A stretch of 64,000 bases of DNA from Phaeosaccion multiseriatum (GCA_965112735.1 OZ218956.1:1922001-1986000); one strand, 5' to 3'. Counted from the stretch's first letter, positions 11,575-25,100 are shown. Notes: generated from the letters alone by a model not told the origin. Numbers and translations: made by a program.

Positions 11575-11722
11575 GGCCGCCTGTACGCAGTGGAACCAAA
11601 TGAAGTGGTTGATGCTTACGGTGACCGACATCGGCTGCGCTCCCTCAGCGGGTGGCCAAGAGCCGTAGTTGGTCACTGTAAGCATCAGCCATTTCATGCA
11701 GAGCCCATGTGTACAAGCCGCC
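11575..11722 (+). ncRNA. Candidate pre-miRNA-like long hairpin
   Basis: 11600-11636 pairs with 11661-11697: 31 Watson-Crick pairs, 4 G:U pairs, 2 mismatches, 24-nt loop. Outer stem TGTACGCA (11582-11589) pairs with TGTGTACA (11708-11715), including another G:U. Confidence 0.5.
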
Positions 11723-11932
11723 GCCTCCTCTCCGCTGCAGCAACGGAAATCTTTGGGGGGGGGGGGGGGGGGGGTGTATGGTAGGCTGAAGAGAAGAAAG
11801 CCGCAGAATCCCACACCATTCACTACTCGACCACTCCCCCACCACCGTTTCGCCTTCGCCTCAGCTGGGCAGCTGCCTTACCCACACCGCCCTTCTGAGT
11901 AGTGGTAGCGGCCTCCGAGTGTCCCTTCTTGC

Positions 11933-14900
11933 TTACGTAAGGTGTTTGAGTTCGTACACGTCGGATCGCTTCTGAATGCCCACGGGGATGTTCCGTCGGA
12001 CTTCCGTCACCCTGAAAGCCCCGAACACACACACGCACACGCAGACACACACACACGTGAAGAGAAAGAGAGAGGGAGAAGAGGGGGGCAGAAACAGCAC
12101 GGGAGGGAGAAGGAAGAGGGAGAGATGAAAGAGAGAAAAAGAGAGATAGAGATGTGAGAAGAGAGAAAAGAGGGAAAAAAAATGGAATGGAGGGCAGACG
12201 AATCTCAGGGCAAAGGACGAAAGGAGTGGCTACTAACCACACGGCCAGCGCCTTCACCTCCAACCACCCCCTTACCCCCCCACCCACCCACCCACCCCCG
12301 ACCAACCTGTTGAGATCAATGTCTGCCAGCACCAGGCCCGGCGTGTGGTCTGTGGTGGCGGTGACTTCGCCCCAAGGGTCCACAACGGTGCTGTGCCCCC
12401 ACGCCTGGCCAGACACGAGCAAGGAGAGCAGAGCACCATGCCATAGGAGGGCATCACAGCAGAGGGTGCCGATAGAAGAGAGAGAGGGGTGCGAGCATCG
12501 AGACGAGCGGCAGGCAAGACCGCAGGCATGAAAGTACAGCAAAGGACCGGACAGAGTGTACAGGGGAGAGGGGGGGTTAGAGCATGGAGACCAGGGAACG
12601 AGGGCCTCGGTTGGTCTGTTGGTTTGCATGGGTGACTCTTGACTGTAACTTGCTTGGACGGCGTGGCGTGGACAGAAAGAAGGGACATTGACTAACCGCC
12701 GCTTATGACTTACCTGGTAAGTGGCGGTGGGGCTTCGTGCAGGGCTCACAGTTGCCACAAAGCATCTGAAGGCCAGAGAGGAGAGAGAGAGAGAGAGGGA
12801 GAGAGAGGAGAGAGGAGAGAAACAGAGAAATGGAGAGGGAGCGACAGACAGAGAGAGAGAAGAAGACAGAGATAGGGCGGACGAGTTAGCTCGAGGCATG
12901 CTTGAACGGTGCGTCTTGGGCTATCCTTTTGAGTATGCCCATTTGCATACTTCACTTTCGCTTTCGCCTGTGCCCAAAACTCAACTGATTATCCAGCGCT
13001 CTCGCTCGCTGCAGCAGCTCCCAGTGGGCAGGACCTGCGCGTGTTGGGTATACGTGTAGGTGCGTGGAAAATTCAATTGGGGCAGAGACTACACCAGCTC
13101 CGACACAGAGAGAGATTCATGCCTGCGTGCGTCGCCCCCTCCCTCCAATCTCTCCCTTTCTTTCTCTCTCTTCTCTTTCCTCTCTCTACAGCGCATGTAC
13201 ACGGCAGGGACAAAGTGCTTCGCACGCCCACACTCACGCACACACACGGGTCTTCCACCCCCCCTCAACACCCACCCAACCAAGCAACCACCCTCCCACC
13301 CAAACAACCAACCAACCTGTGGTCATATTGAATGCCCCCGGAAAGATGAGCAGCTCAGCGCCTGCCGCCCGCATGAGCATGCTGAGCTCGGGGAAGCGGA
13401 TGTCGTAGCAGATACCCACTCCTGTCCGGGGGGTGTGTTGGGGGGTGGGGGGGGGCACAACAAGGGGAGGGGAGGGGAGGACAGAGGACATCTGAGTGCC
13501 CTCCCCGGATGACGGCACAAATGCTCCTCCTCCTCCTCCTCCTCGCCACACACACACAGCTTGCATCAAGGATACGCACAGACGCACAGAGACACAGACA
13601 CACCTGTCTGTCTCCCCTTCTCTTCCCTTCTTCTCTTACCTCCCTCCCCTTGTTCTCCCCCCTTTCATTCCCCACCCCTCCTCCCTCCACTCTCGGCGAC
13701 TGAAAGAGTGCAAGAGAGTCCTTACCTATTTTGCCGTATGGAGTCGAAATGGTAGTGACAGCGTCGCCAGCAGAAAGCGAGTCTGACTCTTTGAAGGTGA
13801 TCTTTCCGGGGACATCTATATCAAACAAGTGCATCTGGGGACGAGGGAAAGAAAGTAGTCCAAGGAGGAGGAGGGGAGGAGGGGGGGCTGAAAGGCACGG
13901 ATGACTAGATGGCACCTCACACCCCAAGGGCAACGTATGACAGTGGCATACTTTCCACACATAGAGGGCACAGCATCGCAACGTACCTTTCTATGCTTGG
14001 CCAGGACGTTTCCCTGCGGGTCCAGAATGACACACGTGTTGTACACGCCGTCATCGGTGCCCCTCTCCGGGATGGAGCCACCGATGAGGTACACACCGCC
14101 CTCCCTGGCGGCTTTGACGAGCATGTGGGTGGACGGGTTGGTGGTGGGAGAGATGATGGAGTCTGGCCCCTTTGGGAAGGGGTGGGGATGGAAAGGGAGA
14201 GGGAGGAGGACGGGAAAAAGGAGGAGGGAAGGTGAGGAGAAGGAGGAGGTTAAAGAAGAGGGAGACAAGAAGGGTCAGCGACAGGCATAGGAGTAGTCTA
14301 AAGGTACCCAACAAAAGAAGAGATGACAGAAAGAGCTGTCACAAGTCGAGAGAAAGCCGCTGACATCGGAGGGAAGGTGTGATGAGTCAGAGAGAAAGAG
14401 CCAGAGGTGTCGAACTCCACAGAGAGAAAGAGCCTGTGTACCGAGTAAGAGAGGAAGCCCCCCTGGTAATGAAGTGAAGTAGGCTCACCATAGGTATCTC
14501 CTCGGCGTACTGGGGAAAGCAAGCAGTATCATAGGGAGAGTTGAAGCACTCCGGCAGCACCACCACAGCCGCCCCTGCCGCGGCCGCCTCAGCGATGGCC
14601 TTCTGCGCGTTGATCAAGTTCGCTTCCTTGTCCTGGGTCACCGGAATTTTGGGATGAGGGGAGGGGGATAGGGACCGGAGGATCAGCCCCGCTCCAATGA
14701 AAGTGAGCATCAAAAACCTCTGAACCTCTCACCTCCCCGCTTGAGATCTGGCAGAGCCCAATTTTGAAGGTCTTGCCAGCGCCATCAGCCAAGGATGACA
14801 TTGCTGATGCAGTGCCAGACGAAGCCCTCCTCGTCACGTCTGCGGCCGAGCGCGAGGACCCGCTGCTGCTGCGGCGCAACAGCCCCCTGTCCGACACGAA

Positions 14901-15056
14901 GGTGTTGGACACGAAGGCAGGTGTCCGCGCCTCTCGCGACGAAGAGCCGGGCCCTGACGCCCCTGTACCGCGCCTGACCCAAAGAGAAGACAGCACCTCT
15001 GCTTGCGCTTCTATTGCAGGGGCAAGGAAGCAATATGCACGCAATACGCGGCGCAT
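11933..15056 (-). CDS. NIT2: Omega-amidase (nitrilase family, NIT2-like) with an N-terminal extension; 9 exons
   Basis: Spliced: [12 protein letters not shown]|DKEANL...[10 protein letters not shown]...|...LIGGSIPE...YNTC...AKHRK|[17 protein letters not shown]...|[11 protein letters not shown]...PGAFNMTTG|[16 protein letters not shown]|[10 protein letters not shown]...|[12 protein letters not shown]...|[21 protein letters not shown]. The E-K-C triad is present. Alternative start at 14801. Confidence 0.93.
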
Positions 15057-15175
15057 GAAGACGAGAGAGAAAGGGGTCGAGGGGGGGTGTTTCGTTCCCG
15101 TGGTATGAGTCCACACGACGTCGCCATCTCACCATCACAAACAAGGACCTTGCCAACCCAGAGAAGAGGAAAAAA

Positions 15176-17449
15176 ATGGCGGACCTTCCGCTCACCATCG
15201 TTCACGGGGAGAAGAAAATGAAGCTCGCGATAAGCGTAGCCACCACGTCTCTGGAAAAAGTGAGTCCGCTGACTTGACTTGTCTCTTCCCCCCCGACCCG
15301 AGACCCTGAACGAGGGAGTGATGTGTTCGTGTCCGCCTCTCCCTCCTACTATTGCATCTCCTCTCCGGCTTGCGTCCCTGTTGTTTCGCGGGATCAATCT
15401 CATGCCGAGTTTCCCTCTACTCCCTCGCCCCTTTTGTCTCTCTCTTTAAGCTGAAAGTTGCGGTGGAGCACTTAGCGCACGTTCCCCCAGCCAGGCAGCG
15501 CCTCTTCTTCCAGGGAAAGGAGCTACTGAGAGACAAGAAGATGCTCGTGGAGGTGAGTCAGTGAAGAGAAGGGGTGACTTCCTTTTCAAATCATCCACTC
15601 AAACTTTCCTTTTCCCTCTCCTCTCCGCGTCCGTGTTGGGTGGTGGGGGGGGTTGTTGTTGCGTCCAGGTGGGCCTGCCTGTTAGTGGCCATCGTGCCGT
15701 GTATGTGGTGGAAAGGAGGGCCGACAACAAGGTCAAGCAGCAGGCTGCTGCGGACTTTATCAGTCTGGACGGAGCTGGCACCGCCGCTTCCCATGCCACT
15801 GCCCCCCCTTCTGCAGCCAGTGGGGGTGGGGATGGAGGAGGGGTGATTGACCTGATCGACGACGGCAACGACGCCGATGATGATGTCGTTGAGATCTTGG
15901 AACAGAGCCCCCTGCCCGCCAATCGTGGTGGAGGGGCTAGCAGTGCTCCGAGCACCGCGAGAAGCACTGAGCCCATACAGGTTGTAGACCTCAGCGATGA
16001 CGGCCCCGTACATATGGGAGGGGGCTCCTCCACTGCTCCTGCTTCTACTGGTGCTGGTGCTGGTGCTGGTGCTGCTACTGGTACTGGTGCTGGTGCTGCT
16101 ACTGGTGCTGGTGCTGGTGCTGCTACTGGTACTGGTGGCCGTGCTAGTGGCCGTGCTGCTTCTGGCGCTTCGTCTGGCGCTGCCAGAGGAAAGCGCAAGC
16201 GAGACTCTAGCCCCCCAGCAGCCGCAGCTGCCGGAGGGGCGGCAGCAGCAGAAGGGGCAGCCACCACAACAGGAGGAGGTGGGAATGGGAAAGGTAAAGG
16301 CAAGAGGGCCAGGGCGAAGGCGACACCGAAGGAGAAGAGGCTGACGTCCTTCCGCTCCAAACCCAACCAGCAGGCGAGGGACCGATTGATGAGGGCGGAT
16401 CACCAACGCATGTACATGGTGAGGCACGATGACCTCACGCCCACGGGACCCGCTGGAGAGGGCGAAGACACCCCCACAGGAGGGGTAGCAGCAGAAGGGG
16501 GCATCTGCCACAGCTACGCCGTGCTCGGCTCGTCCGGTAACTGCTATGTGGTGACTGTGGCGCAGCAGCCGAGCTGCACCTGCCCGGACTTTCAGCGCCG
16601 CCGTGAGCCCTGCAAGCACCTCATCTTCGTCTTCCTCAAGGTGAGTCTCTCTCTTCTCGTTCCGTTTCTCTCTCTCTCTCTCTCTCTCTCGTAGAGGATA
16701 ACAGTCCATCGGATCATTTTGCGCACGTGTCGTACTGCGCAGTGAGCCCACCCAACATAAACATTGTATGCACCCAATTCATAAACATTGTATGCACCCA
16801 ATTCATAGTGTTCCCGTCCGTGCGTGCGTGCTTGAATGGGCGCGTCAAGCGAACGCGGCGGTTCGTTGTGGCGTGAGCAATTTCCTTTCCTCCCCTCCCA
16901 TGTGCTTCCGACCCACTGCACCCACCCCCCTGCCTCCCTTCCTCCCTGCCTGCCTTCCTTCCTCCCTCCCTCCCTTCCTCTCTCCCTTCCTCTCTTCCTT
17001 CCTCCCTTCCTTCCTCCCTCCCTCCCTCCCTCCCTCCCCCCCTTCCTCCCTGCCTGCCTGCCTCCCCCCCTCCCTCCCTCCCTCCCTCTCTCCCTTCCCT
17101 TCCCTGGCTTATTATATCAGGTCCTCCGCGTGCCCAGCACCTCTCCTTACTGGTACCAGACCTCTCTCCTGCAGGACGAGCTAAGGGAGGTGCAGAGCTT
17201 CCGCAGGGGAGACGTGGACAGAGCCACCCTTGCCAACGCCACGGTACGTACGTAGGTGTATAGGCCTTGTGTTAGTCTAGGGCTACACTTGCAAGCGCTA
17301 GTGCACGGTACGTAGGTGTATAGGCCTTGTGTTAGTCTAGGGCTACACTTGCAAGCGCTAGTGTCGCACCTCTTGCGCCCGGGATATATATATATATCTC
17401 CCGGGTATAATGACTTGTGACTTGGAGCTCACACCCCTCTGCTCTCTCT

Positions 17450-17483
<34 letters not shown>

Positions 17484-18417
17484 TGTGTGTGTGTGCGTGT
17501 GCGTGTGTGTGTGTGCATATGTGTCTACAGGTGCGGAAGGCTTACAACGCTATCATTGGCGCGGAGGACGAGGAGGAAGCCGAGGAGAAGGAGAAGGAGG
17601 AGGAGGGCAAGGACAGCAGCACGGGCCCTGAGCAAGACGACGACTGCCCCATATGCTTCGAGCCTCTGGCACCGGTTGGAGGAGGAGGAGGAGGAGGAGG
17701 AGGAGGAGGAGGAGGAGGAGGAGAGCACAGGGAGCAGGAGATGCTGCGCTGTCTGCCGACGGGTGGAGGCTGTGGCAACTACGTGCACAAGGATTGCTTC
17801 GCTCAGTGGAGCGGGCGGCTGCGAAGGGAGGGGCAGGCAGTGAGCTGTGTGTACTGCAGGCGGGAGTGGCCGAGTCAAGCTGCTGCTGCTGCTGCGGCCG
17901 GGGGAGGGGCTGCGGCTGGGGGGGTAGTGGAGAATGAAGGCTTCGTCAACATGGCGGCTCTCACAGGACAGAGGTGAGTGGAGAGCGATGAGAGGAAGGA
18001 TGCGGGGGCAAAGGCAAGATAAAAGTGAGGGAGGGGGCGATACTGAGCAGGGGGTGAGTGGAGAAGGGGAGGCAGAGGTCTTGCTGGCCCTTCGGCAAGG
18101 TGTGATGATTGAGAGGTGGCGAGAGAAGGAAGAGAAGGGAGGGAGGGCACGTACAAGCAGCAGTGCCACGGCAAGCACACAAAAAGTAACCGAAGAACTG
18201 CTGCCACAACAAGTTAAACCTTGCCTTGCTTGCTCCCTCGCCCATTCAGTCACTCAACCCCCCCCCCCCCCCCCCTCCACCCAATAACATCCACCTGCGT
18301 AATCCTACGCAAAACACACACCCACACAGCACCGAGCGGGACACCTCCTCCTACCATGGGTTCAATCGCTACTCGGGCGGCAGGAGAAGGAGAGGGGGCT
18401 GGAATGGCGAGTGGTGA
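15176..18417 (+). CDS. Ubiquitin-like domain, SUMO-interacting motifs, SWIM zinc finger and RING finger protein (putative E3 ligase)
   Basis: Exons 15176-15259, 15451-15552, 15669-16640, 17121-17243, 17531-17973 and 18330-18417 join in frame. UBL: LTIVHGEKKMKL...LKVAVEHLAHVPPARQRLFFQGKEL. SWIM: YVVTVAQQPSCTCPDFQRRREPCKHLIFVFLKV. RING: CPICFEPL...C...GCGNYVHKDCFAQW...SCVYCRREW. C-terminal FVNMA...RDTSSY. Confidence 0.88.
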
Positions 18418-18783
18418 GGAGGAGGCAAGGGGGAGCAAGGACGAGTAAGAGGCAAGCAAGGATGTGAGGATGCGTGGCTGCCCCTCCCTGCTCACCCCTC
18501 GAGCTGTGGACAGGGGACTAGACAGGGGACTAGACTGGAAGCATATGGGCCGGGCTGGACTGTGCATCTCTCCGCGGAGACCTCTTTCCCTATGGACCTG
18601 TCTCGATGTCGTACACGTGTGCTTGAAAAAGGGGTAGAATGTAGAATGAATGAAGAGATGAATTGCTTTTTAACTGTGTGTATTCCCGCGTTCCAACGAC
18701 GAAATGTACGCTCGTAAACACGCACGAACACACGCACACACGCGTCTCATGTTGGCCAAAGGAAGTGATGACCAACTGACCAA

Positions 18784-19333
18784 CTACATCGCCTGCATCA
18801 TCATATCCATGCCCTTGCTGTCCCCTGAGAGTATCCCGTCCTCCTCCATCTTGTCCTCCTCCTCCACCTGCTCGGGGGGGGGCACAGAGAGGGATAGAGA
18901 GAGAGAAAACGCGCGCGTGAGAGAGAGAGGGAGAGAGAATAAGTGAGTGAGTGAGAGAGTGAGTTAGGTCAGTGCGTGAGTGAGTGAGTGAGTGAGTCAG
19001 TGAGTACTGAGTGAATGAGTAAGTGAGTGGGTGAGTTATGTGAGTAAGAGTGGGTGGGTGAGTGAGTGAGTGAGTGAGTGAGTGAGTGAGTGAGTGAGTG
19101 AATACGTTCATTCAGTCCATTCTTGTGTTTCTTGTGACCTGCTTGCGATAGGCCTTGAGCATCATGCCCCCGAGGTAGAAGAAGGCAAGCAACACCACGA
19201 GCACCGCTGCCGCAGAGAAGCCCGCCGCAGAGGGGCCCGACAGGTTCGTGGCCACCACTCCGAGCAGCAGGAACATCAGGCTGGGGGAATGGCAGCGGAC
19301 GAGAAGGGGTAGAGGGGGAAGAGGGGCGAGGGG

Positions 19334-19381
<48 letters not shown>

Positions 19382-19457
19382 CGTGTGTGGGTGGATGCGT
19401 GTGTATGTGTATGTGTATGTGTGTGTATGTGTATGTGTATGTGTGTGTGTGTGAGTG

Positions 19458-19488
<31 letters not shown>

Positions 19489-22058
19489 TTGTGTGTGTAT
19501 GTGCGTGTGTGGGTGGATGCGTGTGTATGTGTATGTGTATGTGTGTGTGCGTGTGTGTGTACGTGTGTACGCGTGTGCGTGTGTCAATGTGTGCGTGAGT
19601 TGCTACGGGTGGCGTGCCTTCTCCACGAAAAAGACAGGACTGAACAGACAAACAGAGCAGCACATCCCACTGCCAAGCCAGGCCCAGATGTGGCCCTTCC
19701 TCCCTCCGTCCCTCCCTCCTTCCCTCCCTTCCTCCCTTCGTCCCTCCCTCCTTCCCTCCCTTCCTCCCCTCCCTCCCTCCCTCCCTCCCTCCCTCCCTCC
19801 CTCCCTCCCTCCCTCCCTCCCTCCCTCCCTCCCTCCCTCCCTCCCTCCCTCCCTCCCTCCCTCCCTCCCTCCCTCCCTCCCTCCCTCCCTCCCTCCCTCC
19901 CTCCCTCCCTCCCTCCCTCCCTCCCTCCCTCCCTCCCTCCCTCCCTCCCTTTTCGCTTATGTACATACAACCTAGCCCCCTCCCCCGCCCCCAAGCTCCC
20001 AATTGGCAGCGCCGGAGTGACCAGAGGACCAACCCACCCACCTGGCGGCGTCCATGCCCGCCTCGAGTTTGTCGTTAGAGCTCCAGTGGCGACAGCGCTT
20101 CTTACGCTGCTTGAGGCAGTCATAGCATGTGAAGGGCCGCACCTGAGAGGGACAGGGAGAGGTAGAGGGAGAGAGGAGGGGGGGGGGAGGGGGAGTAGGA
20201 GAGATATAGTAGCGGGAGAGAGAAGGGAAGGGAGAGAGAGGGAGAGAGAGGGAGAAGGGAAGGGAGGGTACGTGATGGTTTAGGAGGACTGGAATCGCGC
20301 TCCTGGGTCCTTTCCCCTGCCGCTCGCTCTGCCGCCCCCCCGTCTTCCTCCCCGTCTTCCTCCCCGTCATCCTCCCCGTCTTCCTCCCCGTCTTCCTCCC
20401 CGTCATCCTCCCCGTCTTCCTCCCCGTCTTCCTCCCCGTCTTCCTCCCCGTCTTCCTCCCCGTCTTCCTCCCCGTCTTCCTCCCCGTCTTCCTCCCCGTC
20501 TTCCTCCCCACACTCCTTAGCCTCTCCTCTCGTCTCCTCCGCACGCGCTACCCCGTGCACGCACGCACGAGGGCTCACCTGCACGTGCCACAGCAGAAAG
20601 ACCGACAACAGGCCGATGCACAGCAGGCCCTGCATGGTGGGATTCTGATTCGTTACCATGGCCCCAAGTACGAGGAGGAGCTTGCGTGCCAGCACTACAA
20701 TCTCCCACCAGTAGTAGTCTCTGTTGTAGCGCAGATACAGCCAGCCGTAGCGCTGAGGGTGGGGCAGGGAGGGATGGATGGAAGGGGGGCAGGGGAGAGG
20801 AGGAGGGAGGGAAGGAGGGAAGGAGGGAGGGAGGGAGGGAGTCACTCACTTAGTCACTTAGTCACTCAGCCAGCAAGTCAGCAAGTCAGTCCGTCTGTCC
20901 GTCAGTCCGTCAGTCAGTCAGGAATGAACCTACTCAGTCACTCCTTCCCTCCCTCCCTCCCTCCCTCACTCACTCACTCACTGCCTCACTCACTCACTCA
21001 CTCACTGCCTCACTCACTCACCCACTCACGGCCTCACTCACTCACCCACTCACTCAACTCTCTCGCTCACCCACTCACTCACTCACTCACTCACTCATAC
21101 ACTCACTCACTCACTCCTTCACTGACTTACCTGTATGAAGCGGATATTTCCCATTCGGTTCTCCTTCTTCGCCTTCGTTAGAGTCTTGAGGAGGAAGAGG
21201 GGGATGCCGACGCCTAAGAGAAATGGCAGTGAATGGCCCGGTCGACAGAGACAGTAGCACAACACAGGACAGCACATCAGAAGAGAGGGAAGGATGAGAG
21301 GAGAGGAGAGGAGGGGAGGGGAGGGGAGGTGAGGTGAGAGGAGAGAGGGTGAGCGAAAGGGAGTAAAGAGAGCGACAGCGACAGCAAAGGGCGGGATCGA
21401 AGGTGGAGGTGTGTCCCTGTGGACTCGCTTTGCGATGGAACGGTTAGCGTGTGGCATGAGTTCCATTTCATCCCTCCCTCCCTCCCTCCCTCCGTCCGTC
21501 CCTCCCCTCATCTCGTCCTTACACACTCACCATAGAGGAGGAAGAAGAAGATGGCGCTGAAGCTCAGCACGCCGTACACCCCTCCAAAGGCGCACTTGAC
21601 GCTCGGGTCGGCATCCATGTAGCTGAGAGGGACAGGTGGAGAAACGCCAGCCGTCGCCGGATAGAGCAGATACGCGAGAGTAGAGGCGGACAGGTATGCA
21701 TTTGTGCAGGCAGGGGAAGCAGGCAGGGCAGGCAGAAAGGTGAGAGAGGTGAGGAAGGGATTCTGACCCTGCTGTTGCTGACGTGAAGACCCACGCACGC
21801 GCGAATATATATATATAATATATATAATATTATTTTAAAATGCACATATAATATATATAATATCTATGCTATGCACACACACACACACGCACGGACTCAC
21901 ACACACACGCACACACACATACATACATACATACACACACATACATACCCATACATACACACGCGCATGGCACAGACACACAGCCACACATACACACACA
22001 CTCACACATACATACATACCCATACATACACACACACGCATGGCACAGACACACACAG

Positions 22059-22114
<56 letters not shown>

Positions 22115-22117
22115 GGA

Positions 22118-22164
<47 letters not shown>

Positions 22165-25100
22165 ACGGACTCACCTGTAGCCGTCGTCCTGCCTCGTGCA
22201 GTCCAGAGGCTCCATACTCTTTGCCGTGATGAATACGAACATCAGCGTCACTATGATCATACCCTGGGGGGGGGGGGTATGGCAGTGGATGGGAGAGGGA
22301 GGATGGCAGTAGATGAGTCTTCTGGGGTATTGCCCCCGGGGGTGGGGTGTGGTTGCAACGGATTCATTCATAGAGAGAGAGAGAGCACGCAAAGAACAAC
22401 AGGTAATGTCATGTTTTTTAGGATATGGCATGTGGTGGCGTACGTACTGTTACATATATTTGTTCGGTGATGTCACGTTGTGCTTACGTACCGTCTGAAT
22501 GCACCTGTCCTCGAGCCGTCTTCTTGTGACGGGGTTGGGAAGCTTGCGAGCGTTGTACTTGTAAGCGAGATATAGCCCCAGGAGCATCACCAGAGGGAAC
22601 GTCACTGAGAAGTACCTGATCGGGGAGGGCGGGGGGGGTGGTGAGGGAGGGACAGATAGGCAGAGGGTTGTAGGAGGAGCGGCGGGACAAGGGGGATGAA
22701 TCCCCTCACGAGCGATGCCACTCAACCACTCACTCACTCACACTCCCTCCCTCCCTCCCTCCCTCCCTCCCTCCCTCCCTCCCTCCCTCCCTCCCTCCCT
22801 CCCTCCCTCCCTCCCTCCCTCCCTCCCTCCCTCCCTCCCTCCCTCCCTCCCTCCCTCCCTCCCTCCCTCCCTCCCTCCCTCCCTTCCTCCCTTCCTCCCT
22901 TCCTCCCTTCCTCATTCAGTCACGGATGTATGGCACTGTCCTGACACTCACCATTGGGCGATGTAGGTGAAGCTCCACGAGCACTGAGGTGCCACCATCA
23001 GATCCGGCACATTGAAGAAGACCAGCCCTGATGCACACGATCGCACAAGCACACGCACGCGCATACGCACGCACACACACACACGTAGCAAGCACACACA
23101 CCCACACACACATACACGTGTGCGCACACACACACACACACACACACGCACGCACCGCGAAAGAAGTAGTGTACCCAGAGGTGTGAGATGAGTCAGGGAT
23201 ACAGCAGTAACGCCAGTTGGTGATACAGCAAGCAGCAGCAGTTGGTGATGTAGTAAGGACAGACAGAAAAACAAATGACAGACAGGCCTGACTGACTGAC
23301 TGACTGACTGACTGGCTGACTGACTGACTGACCTCCGAAGATGCCGCTCCAATTGATTGCAGCGGGCCAGTCAAGCTGAAACTCAAGGAAGAGCGTGTTC
23401 GTCTGGACGTAGGTCACTCCGATCACAAAGGCGGTGGCCAGCACCTGCATCGCTTGGCTGGACTTACCACGGATCTGAGGGTGGGGAGGGGAGAGGAGGG
23501 GAGAGGAGGGGGAAGGGGAGAGGAGGGGAGAGGAGAGGAGGGGAGGGGAGAAGAGAAGAGAGGATAAGAGAGGAGGGGAGAGGAGAGGACGGGAGGGGAG
23601 AAGAGAAGAGAGGAGAAGAGAGGAGAGGAGATTAGGTTTGGTTGGAGTGTGTACGTCCACTTGGTATGCACTCCCCACCTTTTCTCCTCCCCTCTTCTAC
23701 TGCCTCTAATCTGCACCCGCCTCTCCCCGTCCTTCCACCTCTCCGCTCCCCACATGCCTCTAACCACCCCCACCCTCTCTCCACGTCTTACCCTCCCCTC
23801 CCCTCCCCTCCCCTCCCCTCCCTTCCCCTCCCTTCCCCTCTCCTCTCCTCTCCTCCCCTCCCCCTCCCTCCCCTCCCCCCTCCTCCTTACCCTCTGCGTG
23901 TTATCCTCGAACACGGCGCCTAACCCCGCGCTGCCAACTCCATCATACTCGAGCCCCATCTTGCGCTGCTTGGGCTTGGGCTTTGCCGCCTTGTTCTTGT
24001 TGCCGCAGCGGCAGTACAGCACGGTATATACCGCATTGATGGTAGCGATGAGCACGCGCTTGGACAGGGGCATGGAGCCCATTGAGCCATCCCTGGCACG
24101 TGAAGGGGGAAGGTAAAGTAGAGGCATATGAGGAGGAGGGGGAGGGGGAAGATCAAAGGCATAGGGGGGAAAGTAAGTGAGTGAGTGAATGAGGGAGGGA
24201 GTGGGTGAGTGGGCGAGGGAGTGAGTGAGGGAGTGAATTAGTGAGTGAGCCAGTGAGTTAATCAGGGAGTGAGGGAGAGGGTGAGGGAGGGAGTGAATTA
24301 GTGAGTGAGCCAGTGAGTTAATCAGTGAGGGAGTGAGTTACTGAGTGAGTGAGTGAGTGGGTGAGTGAGTGCGTGAGTGAGTGAGTCAGTGAGTGAGTGA
24401 GTGAGTGAGTGAGTGAATGAGGGAGTGAGTGAGGGAGTGAGTGAGTGAATGAGGGAGTGAATTAAGGAGTGAGTGAGGGAGTGAGTGAGTGAATGAGGGA
24501 GCGGGTGAGGGGGTGTGTGTGTGTGAGTGAGTGAGTGAGTGAGTGAGTGAGTGAGTGAGTGAGTATGGGAGCGAGAGAGTGAGGAAGGGAGGGAGTGAGT
24601 GCGGGCACTGAGCGCAGGTCGAGACAGGCCGTAACCTCCAGGAGTGGAGGGGAGGGGAGGAAGTGACTAACGTGGCCGGGATGGAGATAAGTCCCCCGCC
24701 GTCCCTCCATCTGCTGATGCCGCCCTTGGCTCTGTACTTGCGAAACTTGAAGGGCAGGTCTATGATGGGCTGGGGGAAGGGAAGAAGGGCAGCGGGCGAA
24801 GGAAAAGAGGCAAGAAGCAAGTACACAGGAGGGGGCGGGGTGGGAGGTGGCAGAGAAGGGGGAGGGGGGGAGGGAGAGAAAGACAGCGAGAGTGGAGAGG
24901 AGTGTCAAAAGAAGAGCGAGGGAATGTGCCAGGGAATGTGCCAGGGAATGTGCCAGGGAATGTGCCAGGGATCGGGTGTTCAGTGTGAGCAATCGCTCAG
25001 CGACTGTCATTGTCTTTCTTTATTGACCACCCCCCCCCCTGCCGCCTTGACGCGCCTCCTCTCCTTCCCCCTCTTCCCCTTTTGTCGCTTCTTCTCTTGC

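Larger units (their letters stand above)
1972..12860. repeat. Tandem segmental duplication: copy A ~1972-5700, copy B ~7825-12860; copy A lacks the equivalent of ~11204-12530
   Basis: 1972-5364 aligns nearly base for base with 7825-11203, and 5365-5700 aligns with 12530-12860 (NIT2 intron-exon-intron). Confidence 0.92.

Noticed and set aside
8506-11722. In-frame TGA in kinase B plus a downstream hairpin starting ATGA read as selenocysteine/SECIS
   Set aside because: The TGA replaces Leu, not Cys. The ATGAA pairs Watson-Crick with TTCAT, so there is no non-canonical GA/GA quartet.
14632-14750. Apparent non-canonical intron in NIT2 (CQ|IPVTQDK)
   Set aside because: A canonical GT-AG solution, CQISSGE|DKEANL, fits the family.
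17378-17405. CCCGGG-(AT)n-CCCGGG palindrome
   Set aside because: Explained by an AT microsatellite and short GC flanks.
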